Positions 10,002 to 19,865 of a DNA stretch of 64,000 bases are shown in pieces; the stretch's first letter is position 1, and each line of letters opens with the position of its first letter. This DNA is from Candidatus Moraniibacteriota bacterium (GTDB lineage: Bacteria; Patescibacteriota; Minisyncoccia; Moranbacterales; UBA1568). The stretch is from assembly GCA_016699975.1 (NCBI GenBank), contig CP064994.1:1222-65221 (forward strand). The letters run 5' to 3'. The notes beneath the pieces were generated by a model, which had not been told where the DNA came from, made no database searches, and saw nothing but the letters and a program-made list of their open reading frames with translations. The translations under genes were made by a program, and so were the position numbers.

Positions 10002-11102
10002 CGACTACAAGCGCGTCAGGGAAGGTCCATTCCGAATGCGCGAGCCGGCGGCGAAGCAATTCTTCGAGCGCGACGAGATCATTGCCTTTCGCCTCGCCTC
10101 GAAGAATAAATTTTCGATAACTCGCGGGATCAGTGTGGCCGTTTTGCACCACGGTCATCACACCGACCGTGTGTGAGCCGCCAAGATACGCCACATCATA
10201 CGCTTCGATCCGAAATGCATTGCCCGACAAACGTTCCTCGCGATCACGCACAACGAGGGCGACATCTCGAATATGATTCAGGGAAAAGAGCGTTTTCTTT
10301 ATGTTCGCTGCTCGTTCAAAATCAAGATCCGACGCTGCGCTCGCCATTTCTTTCTCGAGAAGACGAACGAGCGAACGCTTCTTCCCCGAGAAAAAGAGGC
10401 GAATATGGCGTATCGTTTTCGCATACTCTTTTGCCGAAATGGCACCCGCACAAACGCCAGGACACAATCCGATCTGCGCATTGAAACAGGGTTTTGGCGG
10501 GAGAGGCACAAGCCCGCTCGGCGGCGTGCATGTATCCCGAAACGGAAAAATTTTCCGAATGATGCGCAGGGCTTCGAAAAGTGAACGCCCTGCCGGAAAC
10601 GGCCCGAACGATGCTTTTACACGAGAGCGAGCCTTCGTTCGTTTTCGTTTTTGACCGTCCTCTTCGGGGAGAGCTGCGGGATTTGAAAGCCGCGCGAACG
10701 CTCTTCCTCGCTCGACAAGAACCCGCGGAAACGCCTCATCGGTAATAACAACCATGTTCCAGCTCTTGTCATCTTTAACGTCGGTATTATAGGGAGGCTG
10801 ATGACGTTTGATAAGTTCGGATTCGAGGAGGAGCGCTTCCAACCTGAATCAGTTTTTTGAAATTCTATCGACGATGCCATGGCGATCATGCGCTCGATTT
10901 TCGGCCCGCGTGTCAGAAAAATATCGCGAGAGAAATAGCTGCGAACACGATCGCGAAGCGACGTCGCCTTCCCGATATAGAGAACGTTTTTGTTGTCGTC
11001 GAGAAAAAAATACACACCCGGCTCATCCGGGAGCGTTCGAAAAAATGTGGATTCAAAGACACTCGAATTCATAGAAGAAGGAGGTGGAAGCACAGCGGAC
11101 AC
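9775..11102 (-). CDS. uvrC: excinuclease ABC subunit C (short form lacking the C-terminal HhH region), split by a single-base frameshift (ORFs 10617..11102 + 9775..10842)
   Basis: N-terminal GIY-YIG: EPGVYFFLDDNKNVLYIGKATSLRDRVRSYF ... SIEFQKTDS, then out of frame. Second ORF EALLLESELIKRHQPPYN ... central Cys-rich and endonuclease region. At the junction gattcaggttgg, restoring one g gives DSGLEALLLE. Total ~440 aa. Confidence 0.8.
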
Positions 11103-11329
11103 TTTCAGCTTTCGGCATTTCCATTGTTTCAGAAGCGAACCTATTCTGATCTTATACCAAATTAACTTAATTCCTCACACATTCAATATCCCGTATCCAC
11201 TGAAATCACACTGCACCCCGCAAAGCTTTCGGATGTTTCAAGATTCACTCGCATCGCTTGGATTTGAGGATTATGGGTTGTTATTGTACCGGAGATTTGG
11301 TTAAGTTGGTATTACTCTTTTCGAAACTT

Positions 11330-11640
11330 CTTGAAAGAGAAGCCCTTCTCTCCCGAAGGGGTATTGGTACAATCCTGGAACCAGTAGCTGGGTTGAGTAC
11401 ACCGGGGCTTGTAGTGGGACACAGAATGGAAACTGGTGCCAGGGACCTGTCACGGCAACAGTGACTCATGCGAATATTGATACAACGAGTGCACAGACAC
11501 CCGTTACCTTTGTCGGGATGACCTGCTCTGTACAAACCGGTGCCTGGAAGTGTGGGTGTCGGGATACCACCTGTTCCTCCTTCTTGTGGCAGGTGCAGGG
11601 AGCGGGGAGGTAGGGGGTGAGCTCGTCTCTATTGGCAGAG
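11330..11640 (+). ncRNA. candidate structured RNA with RNase P RNA-like (bacterial type A) sequence blocks; boundaries approximate
   Basis: 560-bp non-coding gap between uvrC and the zinc peptidase gene. Contains ACACCGGGGCUUGUAGUGGGAC (cf. CR-I GUCCGGGCUCCAUAGGGCA), GGUGCCAGG (identical to the P5 block), CACGGCAACAGUGAC (cf. AGUGCAACAGAGAG) and ACAAACCGGUGCC (cf. CR-V ACAGAACCCGGCU). CACCGG and CCGGUG can form P4, and there are local hairpins (CCCUUC/GAAGGG, CCAG/CUGG). It is shorter than a typical rnpB; no covariance-model search could be run. Confidence 0.3.
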
Positions 11641-11661
11641 AATTCTTTGAGAGATTCATTT

Positions 11662-12636
11662 TTACTCCGTTCTTGAGAGACATGTCTCAAGCGAACCACC
11701 CTCATACCCGCGAGTGAAGGCGCTGACTCGTTCTTCCGAAGAGCCATGTGTCCAGGTTTCGGGATTCGTATATCCCTGCGCTTTCTCCTGGATCCGATCG
11801 TCTCCGACCGCGGCTGCCGCGTCCATCGCCTCGGAAATTTCGTTGGGCTCAAACACGGATTTGTCTTTGAGCGAATGTGCCCAGACTCCCGCAAGACAAT
11901 CAGCCTGTAGCTCCATCCTCACCGATTCTTCATTGGTCCGTGCAGCCGTTTTCAGTTTTCCTAAAATATTTTGTACGTGGTGACCTCCCTCGTGAGCAAT
12001 GACATACGCCTGTGCAACATCGCCGCCCTTCGCTCCGAGTTTCTGAGTCAAAACATCAAAAAATGTTTCATCGAGATAGAGAGTGGAGTCCAGAGGACAA
12101 TAGTGAGGACCAATACTCGACGTAGCACCTCCGCACGAAGACGGGGTTTGATCACGAAATAAGACAAGCCTTGGCGGCACATATTGCTTTCCGATCTTTT
12201 CAAACGCCGACCGCCACACTTCGTCGTTCGAACCGAGTACCGTCGAAGCGAATCGTTCGTACGAATCCTCCCCTTCATAGTCCACATGGTTGCGCGAAAC
12301 ATTCGAGGAAGACATTTCCGGGAGAAGCTGTATCGCCCGGTCCAGCGTCTCCGGAAGCGAATTTCCCAAGAGAAGATTTATCCCTACAAACAGTGCGATT
12401 CCAGTGAGACCGATTCCGCTCACGCCGGAAACCATGCCCCGGCGATCTTCCACGCTGCCGCGAGCCGAAATTTTATCCCAGAATGCCATAGGTGATTTGA
12501 TAGCGAGAAAAGCAAAAAGTCGAGAGAAAAAGGGTTCATCATAATGAGGGGGCGCGAAGAATACTGACGATTGGAAAGAGTGAATGGTGCAAGAAAAAAG
12601 AAGTGTCATTATCATAAAGGATATTCGGCAACTCAA
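11662..12636 (-). CDS. putative neutral zinc metallopeptidase (YpfJ family)
   Basis: N-terminal TM region then YVIAHEGGHHVQNILGK...ELQADCLAGVWAHS, the HExxH-like signature and layout of the YpfJ/Zn_peptidase_2 family. The real start is probably an internal Met (MAFWDK or MVSGVSG). Confidence 0.65.
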   Translation of the reverse strand: MSCRISFMIMTLLFSCTIHSFQSSVFFAPPHYDEPFFSRLFAFLAIKSPMAFWDKISARGSVEDRRGMVSGVSGIGLTGIALFVGINLLLGNSLPETLDRAIQLLPEMSSSNVSRNHVDYEGEDSYERFASTVLGSNDEVWRSAFEKIGKQYVPPRLVLFRDQTPSSCGGATSSIGPHYCPLDSTLYLDETFFDVLTQKLGAKGGDVAQAYVIAHEGGHHVQNILGKLKTAARTNEESVRMELQADCLAGVWAHSLKDKSVFEPNEISEAMDAAAAVGDDRIQEKAQGYTNPETWTHGSSEERVSAFTRGYEGGSLETCLSRTE

Positions 12637-12833
12637 AAAGAAAAACCGAATTGGAAGTGCTCTGCGAGATGGGATGGAGAAAGGGAGAACGGAATTTCGG
12701 AAATTGAATTACCGGAGGTCTTTTTCGCCAGGGTGAGAAAATTCTCGGAGATAACTCTCGTTCAGAAAAGCTTGTCATGTTGCCAAGCAGATGCTCTCCT
12801 CTGAGGGCACAAAGGGACAAGAAGGCAAAAGTT

Positions 12834-15401
12834 TCATTTTTCCTTCTTGAGAACACGCTTCAGATAGACCCCGGTATGAGATCGCGGATTCGCGGCCACT
12901 TGCTCAGGAGTCCCTTTCGCAACAAGCATTCCGCCGCCCGCACCACCTTCCGGACCAATATCGAGAAGGTAGTCCGAATTTTTCAAAATATCAATATTGT
13001 GTTCGATAAGGACAACGGTGTTCCCTTTCTCAACCAAACGCTCGAGAATTTCGATGAGCTTTTTCACATCGTCATAATGAAGTCCGACGGTGGGCTCGTC
13101 GAGGAGATACATGGTTCGGTGAAGATCGGGCCGATAGAGTTCGCTTGCGATTTTCACGCGCTGCGCCTCGCCTCCCGAGAGCGTCGTCGCCGACTGGCCG
13201 AGTTCCAAATAGCCAAGTCCAACATCGAGAAGGGTCTTGAGGCGATCAGCAATTGCCGGAATATCTTTAAAAAATTCAAACGCTTCTTCCGCCGTCATGC
13301 GGAGCACTTCCGAAATGTTTTTGTTTTTGTATTCGATTTCGAGCGTCTCTTTCGTAAAGCGCTTCCCGCCGCAGACATCACAGAGAACATAGACGGTCGG
13401 AAGAAAGTGCATCTCGACTGCGATCTCGCCGTTTCCTTCGCAGGCCTCGCACCGCCCACCACGCACATTAAATGAGAATCGCCCCGGCTTCCACCCACGA
13501 AGACGCGCTTCCGATGTCATTGCAAACATATCGCGAATATGCGTCCACATACCCGTATAGGTTGCCGGATTCGAACGAGGCGTTCTGCCAATCGGAGACT
13601 GATCAATCAAGACCGCACGCGACAAATATTCGGTTCCCGAAAACGAAGTGCAATTGATCACCTTCGGACTCTTGTATCGGCGATCCAGTCGCGCCTGCAG
13701 ATTTTTGTACAGTATTTCGTACAAAAAGGTAGATTTCCCTGATCCCGAAACTCCGGTAATCCCGACCATCCGTCCGAGCGGAATATCGGCATCGAGGTTG
13801 GTAATGTTAAACGCTTTTCCTCCCCGAATTTTGATCGCTCCTTTTTCTTTCGTGCGGCGACGCAGAGGAAGGGGGATAAACGATTCGCCGCGCAAATACG
13901 AAAGCGTGCGCGAGCCCGACGTATTTTTCTTCGCGGTAAGGAGTTCTTCCAAAAATCCAGACACAACGACGGATCCGCCGTGAACTCCGGCAGCGGGTCC
14001 GATATCAACAATATAGTCCGCAGAAAAGAGCGTGTCTTCATCATGCTCCACGACAAGAATCGTATTCCCAAGATTGCGAAGTTCGAGAAGCGTTTTGATG
14101 AGGCGATCGTTGTCACGCGGGTGAAGTCCGATCGTTGGTTCATCAAGAACATAGAGCGCTCCGACAAGCCGACTCCCGAGTTGTGAAGCGAGCCGAATAC
14201 GCTGCGACTCCCCGCCCGAAAGGGTGTTCGCGCGCCGGTCGAGCGAGAGATAATCGAGTCCCACATCGAGAAGAAAAGCGAGTCGCGCACCAATCTCTCG
14301 AAGCACTACCGAAGCAATCGCGCGTTCCCGATCGGTCAAGTGCGCCGTATCAAGAAATTGTTTCGCTTCACCGATCACCATACTCGAAAACTGCACGATA
14401 TTTTTGTCGGCTACTTTCACATGAAGCGCCTCTTCGCGAAGACGACTCCCCTTGCAGAGAGGACACGGCTCCGATCCGAAAAAATGTTTCGTTCCGAGTC
14501 CGTTACAGTCCGGACACGCCCCGAAAGGCGAATTGAAAGAGAAGAGCCGTGGCTCTACTTCCGGATACGAAAAGCCATCGTACGGACACGAATATTTGGA
14601 AGAGAGAAGCTTCTCTTCAGAGCCGACCACAATTTTTACAAGTCCTTCAGTTTCTTCAAGAGAACGCTCCACTGCTTCCCGCAAACGCATCCCGGCGTCG
14701 GCACTCCAGATCGCACTCTTCATTTCCGAAACGGGAATCGTATCAACGAGCATATCGATATCGTGCGTCTTGTACTTTGAGAGCACCACTCGCTCACGAA
14801 GACTTTTCATTTCGCCGTCGATCCGTGCTTCGGAAAATCCTTTTCCGAGATAGTCGTAGAGAAGCTGATAGTACTCGCCCTTTCGACCGCGCACGACGGG
14901 CGCAAAAATTCGAAGCGCCGCATTCGGTTCGGCATGCGTCGCGCGCTCCGTGATGAAACCAATCATTTCATCTGTCGAGAGCTTAGAAATTTCCCGTCCG
15001 CACGTGAGGCAGTGAGGGCGGCCAATGCGCGCATACAAGACACGCAAGTAGTCATAGATTTCGGTGACGGTCGCTACAGTCGAACGCGGATTCGACGAGC
15101 GCGATTTTTGGTCGATGGATATGGCAGGCGAGAGACCCTCGATTTCATCGACATCCGGCTTTTGCATTTGATTCAAAAATTGACGTGCATACGCCGAAAG
15201 CGACTCGACATATCGTCGCTGCCCTTCTGCAAAGATGGTATCGAAGGCGAGTGACGATTTTCCGGATCCTGAGAGTCCCGTAAAGGCGGTCATTTTTCCG
15301 CGCGGGATCGATACCGTAACATTCTTCAAATTGTGCGTCCGCGCCCCTTTCACCGTAATCCATTCTTGCGGGGAGTGAGGTTCGTTTCGTTTGTGCGCCA
15401 T
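12834..15401 (-). CDS. uvrA: excinuclease ABC subunit A (compact, 855 aa)
   Basis: ARTHNLKNVTVSIPRGKMTAFTGLSGSGKSSLAFDTIFAEGQRRYVESLSAYARQFL, two ABC modules with LSGGE signatures and Cys-rich zinc-finger insertions. Confidence 0.9.
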   Translation of the reverse strand: MAHKRNEPHSPQEWITVKGARTHNLKNVTVSIPRGKMTAFTGLSGSGKSSLAFDTIFAEGQRRYVESLSAYARQFLNQMQKPDVDEIEGLSPAISIDQKSRSSNPRSTVATVTEIYDYLRVLYARIGRPHCLTCGREISKLSTDEMIGFITERATHAEPNAALRIFAPVVRGRKGEYYQLLYDYLGKGFSEARIDGEMKSLRERVVLSKYKTHDIDMLVDTIPVSEMKSAIWSADAGMRLREAVERSLEETEGLVKIVVGSEEKLLSSKYSCPYDGFSYPEVEPRLFSFNSPFGACPDCNGLGTKHFFGSEPCPLCKGSRLREEALHVKVADKNIVQFSSMVIGEAKQFLDTAHLTDRERAIASVVLREIGARLAFLLDVGLDYLSLDRRANTLSGGESQRIRLASQLGSRLVGALYVLDEPTIGLHPRDNDRLIKTLLELRNLGNTILVVEHDEDTLFSADYIVDIGPAAGVHGGSVVVSGFLEELLTAKKNTSGSRTLSYLRGESFIPLPLRRRTKEKGAIKIRGGKAFNITNLDADIPLGRMVGITGVSGSGKSTFLYEILYKNLQARLDRRYKSPKVINCTSFSGTEYLSRAVLIDQSPIGRTPRSNPATYTGMWTHIRDMFAMTSEARLRGWKPGRFSFNVRGGRCEACEGNGEIAVEMHFLPTVYVLCDVCGGKRFTKETLEIEYKNKNISEVLRMTAEEAFEFFKDIPAIADRLKTLLDVGLGYLELGQSATTLSGGEAQRVKIASELYRPDLHRTMYLLDEPTVGLHYDDVKKLIEILERLVEKGNTVVLIEHNIDILKNSDYLLDIGPEGGAGGGMLVAKGTPEQVAANPRSHTGVYLKRVLKKEK

Positions 15402-15532
15402 AAATAAGTGCGATGGAATCTCTTGACGAAAGAGAATCAGTATATCGTGAAACTCGCCTCAGATCAACTCGCAGAAATTCACCAACAAAAAGAGAGGAAA
15501 GAGGAGAGACGAAGCTGCTTCCCTCTCGAAAA

Positions 15533-15566
15533 AGAAGGCGGCTGAGCGCCGCCTTCTTTTTATTCA
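15533..15566. terminator. bidirectional rho-independent terminator (GAAGGCGGC-ugagc-GCCGCCUUC flanked by A- and T-runs)
   Basis: aaaaagaaggcggctgagcgccgccttctttttatt is a perfect 9-bp GC-rich stem with T-run. Lies downstream of the 15625 minus-strand gene end and upstream of the uvrA start. Confidence 0.6.
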
Positions 15567-15624
15567 CTGTTCACTTCTCTTATTGAAGAGAGAATGAGAC
15601 ACACGCTTGTCTCGAGAATCCTGA

Positions 15625-15975
15625 TTATTCTTTTTCAAGTGAACGCGCTTTAGGTTGTTCCGGGGCGCCCATTTCGATCGGAGCATCGAACGCTGCCTTC
15701 AACTCGGCGCGCGCACGGTCAACAGATGTTTTAAATTCTTCAAGTGCTTTTTGAAACGCGGTTCTCTGAGCTTCGGCGAGCGCTTTTACTCGAGCTCCCA
15801 CCGTAAGAGAAGCGGCACGATCATCGCGCGTCGCGTTTCGCGCCACATCAAGACTTGATCGCAATTGATCGCGAACCTCTTTTGCCGGCACTCCAGATTC
15901 ACAGTCGCGACGCGCTGCTAAGAAAGCCTGTTCGGAAGCAGACTGAAACCGAGCAACACTTCCTTCCATCGTCAT
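15625..15975 (-). CDS. hypothetical helical protein (may be the C-terminal continuation of 15972..16673)
   Basis: 116 aa, A/R/K/E-rich helical composition like its upstream neighbour. ATGA overlap with the preceding ORF (either translational coupling or a frameshift in one gene). Confidence 0.35.
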   Translation of the reverse strand: MTMEGSVARFQSASEQAFLAARRDCESGVPAKEVRDQLRSSLDVARNATRDDRAASLTVGARVKALAEAQRTAFQKALEEFKTSVDRARAELKAAFDAPIEMGAPEQPKARSLEKE

Positions 15976-16673
15976 CTTTTGGAACCGATCGCGGCATCGA
16001 CGCCCGTTCGAAAAGTCTTCTTTTCAGCATCCACAGCACTCGTTCTCTTTGCTATTGCGTCTTCAACTGCCAATCTGAAGGCATTCACGGCATCACTCTT
16101 CTTGGGATCATCTCCGGCTTTCTCCAAGAGTGTGCGATACATTTCCTCACGCTTCTCCTGCCGCTGTGTCCGAAGACCAGCAAGTTTCTCATCACGTTCG
16201 GATCGCTTTTCATCAAAAACAGTGAGTCGCTTTTCTTTTCGTTCGAGCATTTTTTTCACACGTTCACTGAGGCGATCGCTCGTTTTTGCTCCTCGTTCCA
16301 AGAGCTTTGCGCACAGCTTCTCTGTCTGTTCCTCACTCTCTTCTTCTTCTTTTTCGACACGCTCGGTTGAGAAATTTTCTTTTCGCTCACGATCTTCCTT
16401 TTGTGATTCGAACAACTTCTTCCGCTCTTCTCGCTCTTTTTCTCGCGCATCTTTCAAGGCTTCCTCGCGCTTCTTTTCCATCCGGTCCTCATTTTCTTGT
16501 TCTCTCTCCTTTGCTTCTTCTCCCTCGTTCTCGTCTTCGTGCGTCTCCTCGGCCGAATCTTCACGCTCGGCGCCATCATCCTCCCCTCGCACAGGAACAA
16601 CTGAGGTGAAGAGGAATCCCGTGGCAGAGAAGATTCCAATCATCACAAGACGCTTACAAAGATTTTTCGTCAT
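15972..16673 (-). CDS. hypothetical secreted/anchored acidic coiled-coil protein
   Basis: N-terminal hydrophobic segment LVMIGIFSATGFLFTSVVPVRG, then very E/K/R-rich predicted coiled coil (EREEALKDAREKEREERKKLFESQKEDRERKE...). Not simple-repeat junk; the antisense 15979..16932 ORF is S/R-rich and rejected. Confidence 0.4.
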   Translation of the reverse strand: MTKNLCKRLVMIGIFSATGFLFTSVVPVRGEDDGAEREDSAEETHEDENEGEEAKEREQENEDRMEKKREEALKDAREKEREERKKLFESQKEDRERKENFSTERVEKEEEESEEQTEKLCAKLLERGAKTSDRLSERVKKMLERKEKRLTVFDEKRSERDEKLAGLRTQRQEKREEMYRTLLEKAGDDPKKSDAVNAFRLAVEDAIAKRTSAVDAEKKTFRTGVDAAIGSKR

Positions 16674-16977
16674 AGGTGTTATTTATATCATGAATTGTTT
16701 CGACATTTTCTTGAGCCGCTTCCGACTCCCCTTCTGCTTCTTCATCGAGAATATTTTTTCCGGAATCTCCCTCAAGAATGTTATCTGCGATGGCGTCCGG
16801 CGTCTCAGGGACCGGCGCTGGTTTTTCCGGTCGAGACACAGAAGAAGTGTCAGAGCGTGGAGGAACTCGACGATCATCATTCTCATCGCGCACAGAAAAC
16901 GACCGATAAAGAAAAACAAACGCGAGTACTAAAAAGAATACTCCAATAAACACTACAATTTTTTGTTTTTCGGTCAT
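16654..16977 (-). CDS. small membrane-anchored acidic protein
   Basis: 107 aa. MTEKQKIVVFIGVFFLVLAFVFLYRSF is one TM helix, then a D/E/P-rich tail. Heads the 16977->15625 operon. Confidence 0.35.
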   Translation of the reverse strand: MTEKQKIVVFIGVFFLVLAFVFLYRSFSVRDENDDRRVPPRSDTSSVSRPEKPAPVPETPDAIADNILEGDSGKNILDEEAEGESEAAQENVETIHDINNTYDEKSL

Positions 16978-17048
16978 AGGTTGCGAAAGATAAAAATATA
17001 TCGTGTTTCAACATGCAAATACATTCTAACACACTTGTTTACAATGAA

Positions 17049-17086
17049 AGAAAAAACCACCCAGAGAAGGCCAGGTGGTTTTCTTG
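17049..17086 (-). terminator. rho-independent terminator downstream of DEAD-box helicase gene
   Basis: Plus strand aaaaaaccacccagagaaggccaggtggttttctt. On the minus strand the AACCACC...GGTGGTT stem is followed by TTTTTTT. Confidence 0.55.
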
Positions 17087-17337
17087 AAACTCATTTCAAA
17101 AAAGAGGAGTCAAACAATAGAGAGTGAGAAAATTTTTTGAATGAGATGAGAAGAGGAAAAAAATAAAAATGAGGAAGGAATGCTCAAAATATATTCCACT
17201 CCGATATGAACCATTGAGTGAAAGGCCAAGGAGGCCACGACAAGGGAAGACAAAATTTGAGGCACGTTCTTGTTCGAAGAGCGCTCCTCAAACAAGACGT
17301 CGGGTCAAGAGAGCTTCTGAAAGAGCGCGACGAATAC

Positions 17338-18624
17338 TTAGCGTGCTCGCCGATGAAACGGTCGTGACGAACGAGGCTTCGAAGCCGGACGATCGGAAGA
17401 ACGCGTCAGACGAAATCCGGAGAATTCTTCTACAAAGGTAAGCGCATATCCGATATTTGCACCGCGACCCGTGCGCCCGATCCGGTGTACATAATCTTCG
17501 TAGGTCATTGGCAAATCATAGTTGATGACATGGGTGATGCCATCGATATCGAGACCCCGAGCGGCGACATCGGTCGCGACGAGAACTCGAAGATGATCTT
17601 CCCGAAAGCGTTCGAGAGAGCGACGACGTTCGGCCTGAGAAAGATCACCATGAATCGCGCCTGCCTTGAATCCCCGTTCGAAGAGCGAGCGCGCAAGACG
17701 ATCCGCGCCGCGCTTCGTCTTGCTGAAGACGAGCACTTTTCGAAATTCTTCTTTGAGAAGAAGTTCATGGAGCGTCTCTATTTTTTCTTCGACCGTTTTT
17801 ATAGACACGATATCTTGATGAACGTTTTCACTCGTCGCGCGCGTTTTGACGAAAATCGTGATGGGATTCTCGAGAAAAGTCTTCGCCAAATCACGCACAG
17901 CCCCTTCGAGCGTTGCCGAAAAAAAGAGCGACTGGCGATCTTTCCGAACCAAAGAAAGGAGGTACTTCATGTCTTTGACGAATCCCATATCGAGCATGCG
18001 ATCGACTTCGTCGAGAACAACGGTATTCACAACCGAGAGATCAAGGAGTTTTCGTTCCACCAAGTCGTTTACTCGCCCGGGCGTGCCAAAAATAAAATTG
18101 GGACGTGCACGAAGATCGCGGACTTGAAGTCGCATATGCGCACCGCCGATGATGAGCGCGGAAGCGAGTCCCGACCCTTTCGAGAACTCCGTAAACTCTT
18201 CTTGAATCTGAAGCGCCAGTTCGCGTGTCGGCACCAGTACCAGAACAAATTCTTTTTTTGGTGCATGGAAAACTTTATTGATGAGCGGTATAAGAAAAGC
18301 AGCGGTCTTCCCGGTGCCGGTATTTGCAATGCCAATCACATCGCGTCCATTCAGAACGTGGGGAATGGCGCCGTCTTGAATAGGCGTCGGGTCCGTAAAG
18401 TTTCGCGCGGCGATGTTTCGTTTCAACTTTTCGTGAAGCGGAAAGTCGGCGAAATGAAATTCTGGAACAAACGGTTTTTCAGAAGCGGGTGCCGCCCGTT
18501 TCACAAATTGCGTCACATCAAGCTCTTTTCCGCGTGTGCGCGAAACAGAAGTGTTTCTGCTGCGGGAAAATCCCGTTCGGCCTCCTCTTTGGGCACTCGT
18601 TGATCCCGAATGTCGCTGGTACAT
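17338..18624 (-). CDS. DEAD-box ATP-dependent RNA helicase with R/S/G-rich N-terminal extension
   Basis: Q-motif and GTGKTAAF, PTRELA, DEVD, SAT, HRIGRTGRG motifs all present. Confidence 0.85.
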   Translation of the reverse strand: MYQRHSGSTSAQRGGRTGFSRSRNTSVSRTRGKELDVTQFVKRAAPASEKPFVPEFHFADFPLHEKLKRNIAARNFTDPTPIQDGAIPHVLNGRDVIGIANTGTGKTAAFLIPLINKVFHAPKKEFVLVLVPTRELALQIQEEFTEFSKGSGLASALIIGGAHMRLQVRDLRARPNFIFGTPGRVNDLVERKLLDLSVVNTVVLDEVDRMLDMGFVKDMKYLLSLVRKDRQSLFFSATLEGAVRDLAKTFLENPITIFVKTRATSENVHQDIVSIKTVEEKIETLHELLLKEEFRKVLVFSKTKRGADRLARSLFERGFKAGAIHGDLSQAERRRSLERFREDHLRVLVATDVAARGLDIDGITHVINYDLPMTYEDYVHRIGRTGRGANIGYALTFVEEFSGFRLTRSSDRPASKPRSSRPFHRRAR

Positions 18625-18647
18625 AAATTCATGAAAAAAGAAAAAAG

Positions 18648-18681
18648 ATCCTCAAAAGGATCTTCTCGTTTCTCTACACGA
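18648..18681 (-). terminator. rho-independent terminator downstream of obg
   Basis: Plus strand gaaaaaagaaaaaagatcctcaaaaggatcttctc. On the minus strand the AAGATCC-uuuuga-GGAUCUU stem is followed by a UUUUUUCUUUUUU run. Confidence 0.55.
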
Positions 18682-18864
18682 AAAATTCCCTCCAAGAGAC
18701 GTTCCCACATTAAAGCAGAAACCGGTTCTCGTGTCAACAGGGTATTCCCGGGCGAGAGAATGAGACGGAACACGAACAAAAACCGCTCGTCTGCCCTTTC
18801 TTCTTCGAGAGCATTGCTGCTTCAGGAAATAAGAGAAAGGAAGGCCGACTCATGTTCATAGTAC

Positions 18865-19865
18865 TCACGCTCTTTCTTGAGCGGAATCACTCGAAGAATT
18901 CAATGAACACTGCGTCGAGAGAATGTGCTTCACGCGATCGAGACTCACATCGTCGAGAATGGAGAGCGACGAGACGCGTTCGTTTTTTTCGGCAAGCGCC
19001 GCAACAAGCGCCTTCACGTGCTCAGGATCGACTTCATCGGCGCGCGACACGAACACCCACTCGGGTTTTTTGAGAAGTGCCGGGTTATATTTGCGAAGCT
19101 CTTCGCGAACACTCATATAATCAGCGATCGGGTCATCACTTTCCGCCGACACCAAATGAAACAAAACACGCGTTCGCTCAATGTGACGTAAAAACTTGTG
19201 TCCCAGTCCCTTTCCTTCAGCTGCCCCTTCGATGAGGCCGGGAATATCCGCGAGAATGACATCAAAATACCCGCCCAGATTGGGCTCAAGCGTCGTGAAG
19301 CGATAATTCCCCACCTTGCTCGAGGCACTGGTGAGCACATTGAGGAGACTCGACTTTCCAGCATTTGGGACTCCAATAAGCCCACATCGGCAATCATTTT
19401 GAGTTCGAGGCGAAGCTCCCACGTTTCCCCCGGGAGTCCGGGAAGCGCTTTTTCGGGAGTTGTATTACGACTTGAACGGAAGCGAGCATTCCCAAACCCG
19501 CCTTTCCCTCCTCGTGCAACCACAATGCGCTGCCCAACGGACACCATCTCCACCGTCTGTCCGTTCGTCACATTATGCGCCACGGTGCCAATCGGCACCC
19601 GCACTACCATATCTTCGCCTCCCCCACCAGTACGAGTATTTTGTTCGCCGGGCCCTCCATCTTTCGCACGAATTTCCTTGACGGAGCGAAATACCCGAAG
19701 CGCGCCAAGATCATTCACGCCGCATAGAACCACATCCCCTCCTTTTCCGCCGTCACCTCCTGTCGGCCCTTCGGTCATCATGGTGCGCGCAAACCGTACG
19801 ACACCATCGCCGCCTCTTCCCGCCTTCACAGTAATGGTGACATCGTCTATTAACATAGGGAGCAT
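18865..19865 (-). CDS. obg: GTPase Obg/CgtA, split by a single-base frameshift (ORFs 19113..19865 + 18865..19422)
   Basis: N-terminal Obg fold with glycine-rich repeats (GGDGGKGGDVV..., GGKGGFGN) up to LELKMIADVGLL, then out of frame. Second ORF GLIGVPNAGKSSLLN...DIPGLIEGA... is the G domain. In GGCTTATTGGAGTC, restoring one a (TTAATT) gives IADVGLIGVPNAGKS. Confidence 0.85.

Noticed and set aside
15979-16932. 317-aa plus-strand ORF
   Set aside because: S/R/F-rich repetitive translation, mirror image of the E/K-rich coiled-coil gene on the opposite strand.
17485-18603. 372-aa plus-strand ORF
   Set aside because: Fully antisense to the DEAD-box helicase, which has every canonical motif.
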